64,000 nt of DNA from Gemmobacter sp. (GTDB taxonomy: Bacteria > Pseudomonadota > Alphaproteobacteria > Rhodobacterales > Rhodobacteraceae). Positions within the stretch are counted from its first letter, which is position 1. Each line of letters begins with the position of its first letter. Under the pieces are notes generated by a model. It searched no databases and was not told where the DNA came from. It saw only the letters and a list, made by a program, of their open reading frames with translations. The DNA is taken from NCBI GenBank assembly GCA_041675885.1, contig JBAYSY010000005.1:7652-71651 (forward strand), read 5' to 3'. The translations under genes and the position numbers were made by a program. Shown one piece after another: positions 38,001 to 46,199 of the stretch.

Positions 38001-38242
38001 GGCATCGCGCCGTTGCCCGACCGGAAATCCACATCGGTCAGTTGCGGGAACGGCTCGCCCGAGGCGCCGAACTGCTCGCGCCCCGGCACGAAGTTGTTGT
38101 AGCTGCCATCGACCGTCCGCAGCCCCCAGGGCAGCAGCGAACTGCCCACGAGCGCGTCGAGCGATTCGCCGCCCGCGTGGCGTTCCGCGATGATGATCTG
38201 TTGCAGGATGAATTCGAGGTCGTTCCGGATCAGCTTGACCAT
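32045..38242 (-). CDS. Giant animal-haem-peroxidase-domain protein fused to multiple RTX blocks and a T1SS C-terminal target domain
   Basis: The ATG at 38242 ([16 protein letters not shown]) is preceded by GGGGGA. Distal-His motif [10 protein letters not shown] (His codon 37514-37516). Proximal-His motif [10 protein letters not shown] (His codon 36467-36469). Many GGxGxD repeats. The C-terminus is ...[17 protein letters not shown]...[19 protein letters not shown]. Confidence 0.9.
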   Translation of the reverse strand: MVKLIRNDLEFILQQIIIAERHAGGESLDALVGSSLLPWGLRTVDGSYNNFVPGREQFGASGEPFPQLTDVDFRSGNGAMPAMYDGATGGNNNDYGLPGGVVDYEPRLISNLIVDQTLNNPAAIATALKPLELEGQELLDTIAGISGAHAGVGTAAAALAVAEALLAQAETSGIPAFIELAQGQVDAAQTALDTAETTLGDLLDQHGIEMDGPTVRIPNTAPDEGLSASFNALLTLFGQFFDHGLDLVAKGGNGTVYIPLMEDDPLYDPDSPHTNFMVLTRATTGDDARNVVTPWVDQNQTYTSHPSHQVFLREYEMTPDGPVNTGRLLETGGGLVTWGDLKTHVREMLGIALTDLDVLNVPVVAVDPYGAFIPGPNGFPQLMVGVDGEGAPVYLEGNPAAPIDPSAEGAARTGIAFLDDIAHTAAPKTDANGNLRPDDDDEIGYNGGPAVMGQLPDYDDELLDAHYITGDGRGNENIGLSAIHFVFHAEHNRLVDHVKQVVLATGDLDFINEWLAAPADSLPASVDDVAWHGERLFQTARFVTEMEYQHLVFEEFARSIQPDIDIFDVMPDPEIDPAIFAEFAHAIYRFGHSMLNQTIDTIDAQGNSVSIDLFDAFLNPVRFGNLDNALGDMGQAEVSGAIIRGMSGQVGNEIDEFVTDVLRNELVGLPLDLATINLARGRDTGMPTLNEARAQFMEMSHGDGRLRPYESWSDFALHLANPASIVNFIAAYGTHETITGVSSIEDKRDAAIALVFGNDDAPADRVDFLNGPASQTGVDSIDLWIGGLAERKMPFGGMLGSTFAFVFELQLENLQDGDRFYYLARLQGLNLLNEIETNSLGKMMLRTTDLGETGFALPDNVFFAPDHSFYVDLAKQIMLTGQDDPTHDDPFLDAVSPLVERIAPEDNDGVAYLRYNGFDHTVIRGGEGPNHIIGGGGDDMIWGGPGNDRIETGEGVDQAEGGAGDDIIINTGTPIGDVSVLKGGDGNDVIHGGTGLAVMFGDDGNDFLIGGKDGNEIFGGNGDDFIISGDGIDILFGGPGDDWVEAGGRFDYIAGDTGDLFFNSAIIGHDVLNGGSGDTDYDADSGDDIMFAGEGIQKFIGMWGFDWVIHKGQMTPADADMNIEVFTSLPIEVLRDRYSQVEAVSGWVYDDVIRGDDRTNEIDELLPTQIPDPTPEGNFMFNELDLEGIARIAGLDQIITEDLMEEAEYWADGSGDMRLVFDAGNILLGGGGGDLIEGRGGDDVIDGDAWLNVRVAIMSGPDGTGSQIATVDSLQGDVTIGGVTRPLTSWMVEGVLNPGQLRIVREVLWDDSGIDTAVYWDVFENYTITLNANGSLTVDHHTMTPNSVNPTTGRNRVSDGTDTLYNIEMLQFGDQTVAVADLFPDDPDPEPENTPATGQPVLSSMAPTQGIALAVALGQIEDADGIVPGSMAIQWQVLTGGDWTDIPGANGTNFTPGAAQVNSPLRVVVTFEDEGGTTEQVISDVTGVVGMVSAGGNGPDLIMGTEGADRIDGGNGADTIFGNGGDDSLTGGTGNDSLSGGEGNDTLLGGNGADTLIGGPGDDVIDGGNGNDAIIWNVGDGHDVINGGNGTDTFIVNGDDSAEHFQIWTRSAWITQSTDNAFNAANLHSGTTIIVTRNGEGFDSIIGELRGVEELVLNSSALTGGTSGTAGGDTFSFHGNFTGSGLSQNTIRVFGSENGTGIDITGLQSSHRVVFQSGGGHDMLAGELRPQDQILLPEGAQDGDYSAVLNADGSVTVSGGGNSITFFGEVSQLRLIEDGEPVLTTAPEPPADPAPPSGTGVTVGGADGGVFIGTAGTDVFIGGDGRDIALGGAGNDDLFGGAGDDMLFGDAGDDRIFGGDGNDLIDAGSGSDTVFGGGGDDVIMAGTGDGDDFYDGGEGSDTLDMSAISAGITADLGSGLGGRGTVTSVQTGTDTIWSIENIVTGSGNDLIIASGAVNIMDGGSGDDVFRFHSAGDADGDMILGFTPGDRIDLSHMDADAGTAGRQSFTIVSDGFTGKGQLMISEEFRDGDTWTVVEGNVSDGAGADFRISIKGSHDLTQDNFIL

Positions 38243-38333
38243 GGTATCCCCCAGATGTCCGAAAGGCCGCACAGGACGGCGTGTCAATCCGACCTCAGGG
38301 TGCCGTGGACCGGCCCGGCGCGATATCTCCGGT

Positions 38334-38400
38334 GGTCCGGTGAATTGATGGCCGAAAGGTCCGGAATTCACCGGACCAAGGTCCGAACATTTCCCGGACC
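38334..38400. repeat. Array of five GGTCCG(G/A)/CCGGACC heptamers, including a 13-bp perfect inverted repeat
   Basis: GGTCCGG at 38334 and 38358, CCGGACC at 38371 and 38394, GGTCCGA at 38380. GGTCCGGTGAATT (38334-38346) is the exact reverse complement of AATTCACCGGACC (38365-38377). Confidence 0.85.
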
Positions 38401-38485
38401 GAAGTCCCGGCCAGGGTCGGCGGCGGGCATGGCGCGGGGGCGCCGTCGGGCCGGTTGATCCTGCCAGACGGCCTGTGTATTTTCC

Positions 38486-38495
38486 GTGTCCACAA
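38486..38495. promoter_or_regulatory. Candidate GntR/FadR-type half-palindrome (GTGTCCACAA) just upstream of the GntR gene
   Basis: 9/10 match to the reverse complement of the TTGTGGACAA core found at 39259-39268. It lies 14-23 nt upstream of the ATG at 38509. Confidence 0.35.
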
Positions 38496-38508
38496 TGGAG
38501 TGGCGCGA

Positions 38509-39243
38509 ATGGCGAAACAGGACACCGGCACTGGCTCTGGCACCGGCACTGGTTCCAGCATCGGGACGGAACGCAAGCGCGGCTCCGGGGTGAAGACGGT
38601 CTTCACCATGTTGCGCGACGAGATTCTCGACCTCACCCTGCCGCCGGGCAGCCCGCTGGACGAGGTGCAGCTTGCCGAGCGTTTCGCCATGTCGCGCACC
38701 CCGATCCGCGAGGCGCTGGCCCGGCTTGCCGGGGAGGGGCTGGTCGAGACGCTGCCGAACCGCTCGACCATGGTGGCGCGGATCGACTTTCTGAACATGC
38801 ACACCTTTTTCGACGCGCTGACGCTGATGTATCGGGTCACCACCCGGCTTGCCGCGCAGCATCACCGGCCCGCCGATCTGCACATCATCCGCGCCCGGCA
38901 GGCGGAATTCGCCGCGGCGGTGGCGGCCGAGGACGCGCTGGCGATGATCTCGGCCAACCGCGAGTTCCACGCCGCGATCGCCGAGGCCGGGCGCAACCCC
39001 TATTTCACCGCGCTGTTCTGCCGACTGCTGGACGAGGGGCGGCGGATCCTGCGGCTTTACTACCAGTCGTTCAACGACCGGCTGCCGGAACGCTATGTGA
39101 CCGAACACGAGGAAATCATCGCCGCCGTCGAGGCGCGCGATATCGGGCTGTGCGACCGGCTGGCGCGGGCCCATGCCGACCAGATCGTGCGCCAGATCCA
39201 GGACCTGTTTTCCCGCGACCGGCGGCAGGATGTGCCGCTCTGA
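38509..39243 (+). CDS. GntR-family (FadR/FCD subfamily) transcriptional regulator, probable hydroxyproline-cluster regulator
   Basis: Winged-HTH [25 protein letters not shown] with a helical FCD-type C-terminal domain. It has a low-complexity [11 protein letters not shown]-terminus. Confidence 0.85.
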   Translation: MAKQDTGTGSGTGTGSSIGTERKRGSGVKTVFTMLRDEILDLTLPPGSPLDEVQLAERFAMSRTPIREALARLAGEGLVETLPNRSTMVARIDFLNMHTFFDALTLMYRVTTRLAAQHHRPADLHIIRARQAEFAAAVAAEDALAMISANREFHAAIAEAGRNPYFTALFCRLLDEGRRILRLYYQSFNDRLPERYVTEHEEIIAAVEARDIGLCDRLARAHADQIVRQIQDLFSRDRRQDVPL

Positions 39244-39255
39244 CATCCTGCACAG

Positions 39256-39271
39256 TTCTTGTGGACAAGAA
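39256..39271. promoter_or_regulatory. Candidate GntR operator: TTCTTGT-GG-ACAAGAA
   Basis: Perfect 7-bp inverted arms fitting the FadR-type t.GT.nn.AC.a pattern. It lies between the regulator and the DHDPS-like gene. Confidence 0.5.
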
Positions 39272-39349
39272 TTATGCAATGCACGATGATACGGGCAAAG
39301 GGACGGATTCGCCCCTGTAGCCCATACCCCAGCCCGCAAAGGAAAGCCG

Positions 39350-40315
39350 ATGGATACCGAGATCTTCACCGGGGTGATCCCGGCCCTGATGACGCCCTGC
39401 AAGGCAGACCGCAGCCCCGATTTCGACGCGCTGGTGCGCAAGGGCCGCGAACTTGTCGCCATCGGCATGTCGGCGGTGGTCTATTGCGGCTCGATGGGGG
39501 ATTGGCCGCTTCTGACCGACGCGCAGCGGATGGAGGGGGTGGAACATCTCGTCAAGGCCGGGCTTCGGGTGATCGTCGGCACCGGCGCGATCAACACCGC
39601 CTCCGCCGTCGCACTTGCCCGCCACGCGCAGGAGGCGGGCGCGCATGGGCTGATGGTGATCCCGCGGGTTCTGTCGCGCGGCCCCTCTCCGGTGGCGCAG
39701 CGAGCGCATTTCAAGGCAATCCTGACCGCCGCGCCCAAACTGCCCGCGATCATCTACAACAGCCCGCAATACGGCTTTGCGACCCGCGCCGACCTGTTCT
39801 TCGCGCTGCGGGCCGAACATCCGAACCTGGTCGGGTTCAAGGAGTTCGGCGGCAAGGACGACATGCGCTACGCGGCCGAGTTCATCACCTCGGCCGATGA
39901 CGGGGTGATCCTGATGGTCGGGGTCGATACCTGCGTGCTGGACGGTTTCGTCAACTGCGGCGCGACCGGCACGATCACCGGAATCGGCTGCTGCCTCCCG
40001 CGCGAGGTGCTGCATCTGTGCAACCTCAGCCGGGCGGCGGCGGCGGGCGACCCCGAGGCCCGCCAGCGGGCGCAGGAGCTGGAGCAGGCGCTGGCGGTGC
40101 TGTCGTCGTTCGACGAGGGGCCGGACCTGGTGCTTTACTACAAGTACCTGCTGGAGATGGAGGGCGAAGCCGAATACCGGCTGCATTTCAACGAATTCGA
40201 CGCCCTGACCGAAAGCCAGCGCGGCTATGCGACGGCGCAATACCGGCTGTTCAAGGCCTGGTATGAGGAGTGGAGCCGCTTGCCCGGCGCGGTGCAAAGC
40301 TGCAAGGTGGCCTGA
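39350..40315 (+). CDS. Dihydrodipicolinate synthase-family enzyme, probable delta1-pyrroline-4-hydroxy-2-carboxylate deaminase
   Basis: DHDPS/NAL-family fold (GVIPALMTPC..., GTGAINT..., FKEFGGK with the Schiff-base Lys context). The specific function is assigned from hydroxyproline-cluster context only. Confidence 0.7.
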   Translation: MDTEIFTGVIPALMTPCKADRSPDFDALVRKGRELVAIGMSAVVYCGSMGDWPLLTDAQRMEGVEHLVKAGLRVIVGTGAINTASAVALARHAQEAGAHGLMVIPRVLSRGPSPVAQRAHFKAILTAAPKLPAIIYNSPQYGFATRADLFFALRAEHPNLVGFKEFGGKDDMRYAAEFITSADDGVILMVGVDTCVLDGFVNCGATGTITGIGCCLPREVLHLCNLSRAAAAGDPEARQRAQELEQALAVLSSFDEGPDLVLYYKYLLEMEGEAEYRLHFNEFDALTESQRGYATAQYRLFKAWYEEWSRLPGAVQSCKVA

Positions 40316-40399
40316 GCGGGGTCAACACTCTGCGCAACAAAGGGCGGCGGCCGACACGATCAACAGACGCCACCCTTCGCCGTTCCGGGGCCACGGAGA

Positions 40400-41437
40400 T
40401 CAGTTCACCGCGTCAAGGCCCAGTTCGAACAGCCGGTCAAGCTGGGCCGTCTCGGCCGCGGCAAGGGTCACGCCCCCGGCCTCGGACGTCGCGCGCGCGG
40501 CAAAGCGACGTTGCGAGGGAAGCCGCGCGCCCTGCCCGAGGATCGCGTCGAACAGCACCTCGGCCCGGGCGAAAGGATCACCGGGACGGCCCGCCGCGAA
40601 CCGCGCGGGATCGAAGGCCAGCACCAACTCGCCATGGAACGGCGCAAGCGCGGTGCTGCCGAGATAGTCCAGCACCTCGGGGCTGGTGCGGTCGCCGATC
40701 ATCACCCCTGCCAGCAGTTCGATCATCGTGCCGATGGCGGAACCCTTGTGGCCGCCGAACGGCAGCATCGCCCCGGCAAGCGCCGCTTCGGGGTCGGTGG
40801 TGGGGTTGCCGTCCGCATCCATCGCCCAGCCCTCGGGCAGGGGCTTGCCGGCGCGGCGGTGCAACTCGATCTCGCCCCGGGCGGCGACCGAGGTGGCGAA
40901 GTCGAAGACATAGGGCAGCGCCCCCGGCCGGGGCCAGCCGAAAGCAAAGGGGTTGGTGCCCAGGAGCGGCCGGTTGCCGCCCGCCGGGGCCACGGTGGCA
41001 TAGCTTGGGCACATCACCATGGCGGCGAGACCCTCGGCCGCGACGGCCTCGACCTCGGGCCAGAGCGCGGCGAAATGGGTGCAGTCGTTGATCACCATCG
41101 CGGCAAGACCAAGTGAACGGGCGCGCGCGGCCAGATGCGGCAGGCCCAGTTCGAAGGCAGCGTTGGAAAAGCCGCCCTGCGCATCCACCCGGACGATCGC
41201 CGAACCGTCGTCGGGAAGCAGCGCGGGCTGCGCGTCGGGGCGGACCTTGCCCGCCTTCACGGTGCGCAACACCCCCTCGATCCGGTAGACGCCATGCGAC
41301 TTGCAGGCGTCGCGTTCGCCTGCGGTGATCACCCGCGCCAGCGCCCCGGCCTGCACCGGAACCAACCCGGCCCGGGCAAAGATCTCCTCTACCCGGTCTT
41401 GCAGGGCCGGGATCGTTACTGTGGTGGTCTCGGTCAT
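40400..41437 (-). CDS. Ldh_2 (malate/L-lactate dehydrogenase type 2) family oxidoreductase, probable delta1-pyrroline-2-carboxylate reductase
   Basis: The ATG at 41437 is preceded by GAGGA. Ldh_2-family motifs are present (GKVRPD, HFAALWPEVE, LPFGGHKGSAIG). The function comes from context. Confidence 0.7.
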   Translation of the reverse strand: MTETTTVTIPALQDRVEEIFARAGLVPVQAGALARVITAGERDACKSHGVYRIEGVLRTVKAGKVRPDAQPALLPDDGSAIVRVDAQGGFSNAAFELGLPHLAARARSLGLAAMVINDCTHFAALWPEVEAVAAEGLAAMVMCPSYATVAPAGGNRPLLGTNPFAFGWPRPGALPYVFDFATSVAARGEIELHRRAGKPLPEGWAMDADGNPTTDPEAALAGAMLPFGGHKGSAIGTMIELLAGVMIGDRTSPEVLDYLGSTALAPFHGELVLAFDPARFAAGRPGDPFARAEVLFDAILGQGARLPSQRRFAARATSEAGGVTLAAAETAQLDRLFELGLDAVN

Positions 41438-41476
41438 CGGATCCTCGCTGGTTGTAACCGCCTCGCTGCATGCACA

Positions 41477-41486
41477 AAGTATACAT
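41477..41486. promoter_or_regulatory. Weak candidate GntR-type site AAGTATACAT
   Basis: GT-N2-AC palindromic core 40-50 nt upstream of the Ldh_2 gene start. It matches only by pattern. Confidence 0.2.
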
Positions 41487-41808
41487 AATACCGCCGCGCG
41501 CAACCGCGGGGATGGTCAAGCATCACAACCGATTCTGCCACCGCCCCCGGCAGGCCCTGCTCCGGAAAGGTGACGCAAAGGCAACCGGCCCCGCCGCGCC
41601 GGAAAACCCCGCCACCCGCGAAAGCCCGCCCGAAACCCCGCGGGACGTTCGCCCGAACCGGCCGTTTTCGCAGCCGATCCGCCTTTCAGATGCAGGTGAT
41701 TCAGGTCTTTTGTGCGCCAATTGTATTTGTGATTGCGTCGCTGCGTTTGACGCAGGATAGTGAGGCCAGAAGAACGAATAATCCGCATCAACTCAGGGAG
41801 AAAGTGGA

Positions 41809-42618
41809 ATGAAAACCGGAATCCTTGCCTTTGGCCTGTCGGCTGCCGCCCTGGCGGCAAGCCCCGCAATGGCGGACAAACTTGAAGATATCATCTCCGC
41901 AGGAACGCTGCGCTGCGCCGTGGTGCTGGACTTCCCGCCGATGGGGATGCGCGACGCCGACAACACCCCGATCGGCTTCGATGTCGATTACTGCAACGAT
42001 CTGGCCGCCGCGCTTGGCGTCAATGCCGAGATCATCGAGACCACCTTCCCCGAACGTATCCCCGCGCTGATGTCGAACCGGGTCGATGTCGCCGTCGCCT
42101 CGACCTCGGACACGCTGGAACGTGCCAAGACCGCCGGTTTCTCGATCCCCTACTATGCCTTTGAAAACGCCGTCGTCGCCCGCCCGGGCCTTGAGATGGA
42201 GTCGTGGGAGGACATGAAGGGCAAGACCGTCGGCGCCACCGCCGGCACCTATGAGGCGATCTGGCTGGAAGGCCAGGTGCAGGAATGGGGCGAGGGCACC
42301 TTCCGCCCGTTCCAGAACCAGGCCGATGTGTTCCTTGCGCTGTCGCAGGGCCAGCTTGATGTCACCGTCTCGACCATGGAAGTGGCGAATGCCAACGTCG
42401 CCTCGGGCAATTTCGGCGATATCCGGGTCGTGGACAAGGCGCCGATGGTGCCCGATTACGTCGCGCTGATCACGCTGCGCGAGGAATACGGCATGATCAA
42501 CTACATGGATCTGTTCATCAACCAGCAGGTCCGCACCGGCCGCTACGCCGAACTTTACAAGAAATGGGTCGGCGACGGCGAGCCCGCCGACCTGACCATT
42601 CCCGGCGTCTATCGCTGA
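41809..42618 (+). CDS. Polar amino-acid ABC transporter substrate-binding protein
   Basis: Signal peptide MKTGILAFGLSAAALAASPAMA and family-3 SBP motifs (GFDVDYCNDLA). Confidence 0.85.
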   Translation: MKTGILAFGLSAAALAASPAMADKLEDIISAGTLRCAVVLDFPPMGMRDADNTPIGFDVDYCNDLAAALGVNAEIIETTFPERIPALMSNRVDVAVASTSDTLERAKTAGFSIPYYAFENAVVARPGLEMESWEDMKGKTVGATAGTYEAIWLEGQVQEWGEGTFRPFQNQADVFLALSQGQLDVTVSTMEVANANVASGNFGDIRVVDKAPMVPDYVALITLREEYGMINYMDLFINQQVRTGRYAELYKKWVGDGEPADLTIPGVYR

Positions 42619-42693
42619 TCCTTCCGCCTGACAGGCGGCGCGGGGGCTCCGGCCATACCCCGCGCCGCCGCTCCATCGAGATGTGAGGCGGAC

Positions 42694-43407
42694 ATGTTCA
42701 ACTACAGCTTTCGCTGGAATCAGGCGCTGAACTCGTTGCCCGACATGTTGCGGGCCGCGCTTGTCACGCTTGAGGTGGCGATCCTGTCGATGATCCTCGG
42801 CATCCTGATCGCCATCCTGCTGACCGGCTTCCGCCTGAGCGGCAACCGCTTTCTGTCGGGCTTCACCACGGTCTGGGTCGAGATCGCCCGCAACACCCCG
42901 GCGCTGTTCCAGATCTACATGGCCTTCTTCGGCCTTGCGGGTCTTGGCATCGTCATCACGAAATTCACCCTGCCGAACCTCGGCTTCACGGTGAACCTGC
43001 GGCTCTCGCCCTATGTGGCGCTGCTGGCCGGGATCACCTTCAACAATGTCGGCTACCTGACCGAGAACTTCCGCGGCGCGCTGAAGGCGATCCCCGATAC
43101 CCAGGCCCGGGCCGCGCGCTCGCTGGGGATGAGCGGGCCTGCCGCCTTCCGTTACGTGGTGCTGCCGCAGATGCTGCGGATCTCCTTCCTGCCGATGACC
43201 AATCAGTTCGTCTGGGCGATCCTGATGACCTCGCTCGGCGCGGTGATCTCGATGAATACCGACCTGTTCGGCGTCACAAACGATCTGGTGAACCGCACCT
43301 TCCGCACCTTCGAGTTCTTCTTCATCGCCGCGGTGATCTTCTACCTGATCACCAAGGCCGTCACCCTGTCCGCCCGGCTGATCGCCACGCGGCTGTTCAG
43401 ATACTGA
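42694..43407 (+). CDS. Amino-acid ABC transporter permease
   Basis: HisMQ-type permease with an EAA-like loop (AIPDTQARAARSLGMSG). Confidence 0.85.
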   Translation: MFNYSFRWNQALNSLPDMLRAALVTLEVAILSMILGILIAILLTGFRLSGNRFLSGFTTVWVEIARNTPALFQIYMAFFGLAGLGIVITKFTLPNLGFTVNLRLSPYVALLAGITFNNVGYLTENFRGALKAIPDTQARAARSLGMSGPAAFRYVVLPQMLRISFLPMTNQFVWAILMTSLGAVISMNTDLFGVTNDLVNRTFRTFEFFFIAAVIFYLITKAVTLSARLIATRLFRY

Positions 43408-43419
43408 AGGAGGCGCGGG

Positions 43420-44073
43420 ATGTTCGATACGGCAATGACCGTCCGGGATTTCTGGCTTCTGGTGCAGGGGGCGGGGATGACGCTGCTTGTCACCCTGATC
43501 GCGGTCTCCATCGGCACGGTGCTTGGCATCATCTTCGGCATTTTCCGCTTTCAGGTCGGCCCATGGTGGGCGGCGCCCGTCACCTTCGTGCTGGACGTGT
43601 TCCGCTCGATCCCGCTCCTGATCCAGCTTTCGCTGGCCTTTGCCTTCGTCACGATGGTGATGCAGCTTCGGATCTCGGGCTTTGCGGTGGCCTGCGGGGT
43701 GCTCTCGCTCTACACCGCCGCCTATTGCGCCGAGATCGTGCGCGGCGGGATCGAGGCGGTGCCATCGAACACCCGGCGGGCCGCGCGTTCGCTGGGGATG
43801 ACCTGGGCGCAGGACATGCGCCATATCGTGCTGCCCCTGGCGACGCGGGTGGCGCTGCCGTCCTGGATCGGGCTGGCGCTTGGCGTGATGAAGGATACCG
43901 CGCTGGTCTATGTCATCAACGTGACCGAGCTTCTGAAATCGACCCGGAGCCTGATCGACCGCTTGCAGGAGCCCCTGTTCCTGCTGATGCTCTGCGGGTT
44001 GTTCTACTTCATGATCAGCTTCCCCATCGCCCGCTTCGGCGGCTATCTCGAAAGACGGTGGTCCAATGATTGA
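43420..44073 (+). CDS. Amino-acid ABC transporter permease
   Basis: HisMQ-type permease with an EAA loop (AVPSNTRRAARSLGMTW). Confidence 0.85.
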   Translation: MFDTAMTVRDFWLLVQGAGMTLLVTLIAVSIGTVLGIIFGIFRFQVGPWWAAPVTFVLDVFRSIPLLIQLSLAFAFVTMVMQLRISGFAVACGVLSLYTAAYCAEIVRGGIEAVPSNTRRAARSLGMTWAQDMRHIVLPLATRVALPSWIGLALGVMKDTALVYVINVTELLKSTRSLIDRLQEPLFLLMLCGLFYFMISFPIARFGGYLERRWSND

Positions 44074-44788
44074 GATCGAGAACGTCCGGAAATCCTTTGG
44101 CCAGCTGGAGGTGCTGAAAGGCATCGACCTGACCGTGGCCAAGGGCGAGGTGCTGACGGTGATCGGCGGCTCGGGTTCGGGCAAATCGACACTGCTGACC
44201 TGCATCAACGGGCTGGAGCCGATCGATTCCGGCCGTATCCTTGTCGACGGGACCGAGGTTCACGCAAGATCGACCAACCTCAACCGGCTGCGGCAGAAGA
44301 TCGGCATCGTCTTTCAGCAATGGAACGCCTTTCCGCATCTGACCGTGCTGGAGAACGTCATGCTGGCCCCGCGCAAGGTGCTGGGCCGCTCCAGGGCCGA
44401 GGCCGCGGCCGAGGCGGAAAAGCAGCTCAAGCATGTGGGGCTGGGCGACAAGCTGACGGTCTATCCCTCGCGCCTGTCGGGGGGGCAGCAACAGCGGATG
44501 GCGATTGCGCGGGCGCTGGCCATGAGCCCGAAATACATGCTGTTCGACGAGGTGACATCGGCGCTTGACCCGACGCTGGTGGGCGAGGTGCTCGACACGC
44601 TGCGGCTCCTGGCCTCGGACGGGATGACGATGATCTGTGTCACGCACGAGATGAAATTCGCGCGCGAGGTCTCGGACCGGGTGGCCTTCTTCCATCAGGG
44701 CATCATCGCCGAGATCGCCCCGCCCGAGCAGATCTTCGCCGCGCCCCGGCACCCCGAGACGCAGAAGTTCCTTGCGGCCACGCATTAA
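44066..44788 (+). CDS. Amino-acid ABC transporter ATP-binding protein
   Basis: Walker A GGSGSGKST, signature LSGGQQQR, Walker B MLFDEVTSALD. Confidence 0.9.
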   Translation: MIEIENVRKSFGQLEVLKGIDLTVAKGEVLTVIGGSGSGKSTLLTCINGLEPIDSGRILVDGTEVHARSTNLNRLRQKIGIVFQQWNAFPHLTVLENVMLAPRKVLGRSRAEAAAEAEKQLKHVGLGDKLTVYPSRLSGGQQQRMAIARALAMSPKYMLFDEVTSALDPTLVGEVLDTLRLLASDGMTMICVTHEMKFAREVSDRVAFFHQGIIAEIAPPEQIFAAPRHPETQKFLAATH

Positions 44789-44797
44789 GGCCGGGCC

Positions 44798-46078
44798 GTG
44801 GTTGCGCAGGTGGAAATATCCGTTGACGTGATCGTGGTCGGCGCCGGGGTCGTGGGCCTTTCGGCGGCGCTTGCGGCGCAGGGGCGGGGGCTGTCGGTGG
44901 CGGTGATCGACCGCGAAGGCCCGGCCGCCGGGGCCTCGGCCGGAAATGCCGGGGCCTTCGCCTTCACCGATATCCTGCCGCTTGCCTCGCCGGGGATCCT
45001 GCGCAAGGCGCCACGCTGGCTGCTCGACCCGCTCGGGCCGCTGTCGGTGCCGCCGGCCTATGCGCTGAGGATCACGCCCTGGATGCTGCGGTTCTGGCGG
45101 GCCTGCGCGCCGTCGCGGGTGGCGGCATCGACCACGGCGCAGACCGCGCTGATGGACCTTTCGAAGGCCGAACTCGACCCGTTCCTTGCCGCGACCGGCA
45201 CCGGGGCGATGCTGCGGCGCAAGGGCAACCTCCAGGTCTATGAGGGCGAGGCGGAGTTCCGCGCCTCGCTGCCCGGCTGGCGGGCGCGCAAGGAACACGG
45301 GATCGAGTTCCGGCACATGTCGGCGGCAGAGATGGCGGGGCTGCAACCCGGCCTCGCGCCGCGCTTCACCCATGGCACCTTCACGCCGGGCTGGTATTCG
45401 ATTGCCGACCCAAGGCTTTTCACGCTGGCGCTGGCCGAACGCCTTGTCGCGCAGGGCGGCGTGCTGCACACGGCCGAGGTCACGGCGCTGCGGCCGGTGC
45501 CGGGCGGGGTGGAGGCGGTGACGGCGGCGGGGGGCGGCCCGCGCGGCCGCAAGGCGGTGATCGCCGCCGGGGCCTTTTCGCACCGGATCGCCCGCGGTCT
45601 GGGCGACCGGATTCCGCTGGAGACCGAACGCGGCTACAACACCACCCTGCCGCCGGATGCCTTCGACCTGCGCACGCAGGTCACCTTTGGCGGGCACGGT
45701 TTCGTCGTCTCCCGGCTTTCGACCGGCATCCGGGTCGGCGGCGCGGTCGAGCTTGGCGGGCTGGACCTGCCGCCGAACTGGCGCCGGTCCGAGGCGATGT
45801 TGCGCAAGGCGCAAGGCTTTCTGCCCGGGCTGAAGGGCGAAGGGGGCGTGCAGTGGATGGGCTTTCGCCCCTCGCTGCCGGATTCGCTTCCCGTGATCGG
45901 GTTCTCGCGCGCAAGCCGGGACGTGATCCATGCCTTCGGCCACGGGCATCTCGGCCTGACGCAGGCTGCGGGCACCGCGCGGCTGGTGGCCGATCTCCTG
46001 ACCGGGCAACCGCCCGCCATTGACCTGACCCCCTTCTCGCCGCAACGCTTTCAGGGACGCCGGGAGGCAGGGCCGTGA
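44798..46078 (+). CDS. FAD-dependent oxidoreductase (DAO family), probable D-hydroxyproline dehydrogenase
   Basis: VIVVGAGVVGLSAALAAQGRG dinucleotide fold and DAO-family length. The function comes from context next to the epimerase. Confidence 0.75.
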   Translation: MVAQVEISVDVIVVGAGVVGLSAALAAQGRGLSVAVIDREGPAAGASAGNAGAFAFTDILPLASPGILRKAPRWLLDPLGPLSVPPAYALRITPWMLRFWRACAPSRVAASTTAQTALMDLSKAELDPFLAATGTGAMLRRKGNLQVYEGEAEFRASLPGWRARKEHGIEFRHMSAAEMAGLQPGLAPRFTHGTFTPGWYSIADPRLFTLALAERLVAQGGVLHTAEVTALRPVPGGVEAVTAAGGGPRGRKAVIAAGAFSHRIARGLGDRIPLETERGYNTTLPPDAFDLRTQVTFGGHGFVVSRLSTGIRVGGAVELGGLDLPPNWRRSEAMLRKAQGFLPGLKGEGGVQWMGFRPSLPDSLPVIGFSRASRDVIHAFGHGHLGLTQAAGTARLVADLLTGQPPAIDLTPFSPQRFQGRREAGP

Positions 46079-46199
46079 GGAGCGCGCAACTTTCGCCCGA
46101 AGCACTCCGCCCGGAACAGCGGCGCCAGCGGCCCGGGCAGCGGCCGACCAACATGAAATACAGGCTCCGCAACGTTTCCAGGCGGGCCGGAGGCACCGG

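Noticed and set aside
31874-38458. A 2,194-aa stop-free ORF on the plus strand, antisense to the peroxidase-RTX gene
   Set aside because: Its codons are the exact reverse complements of the sense codons; both frames start at positions congruent to 2 mod 3. A stop would therefore require sense TTA, CTA or TCA, which are nearly absent in this GC3-rich gene. The translation is Arg/Gly/Ala/Pro/Val-rich junk with no motifs, whereas the minus-strand product has clear peroxidase and RTX motifs. It is a shadow ORF.
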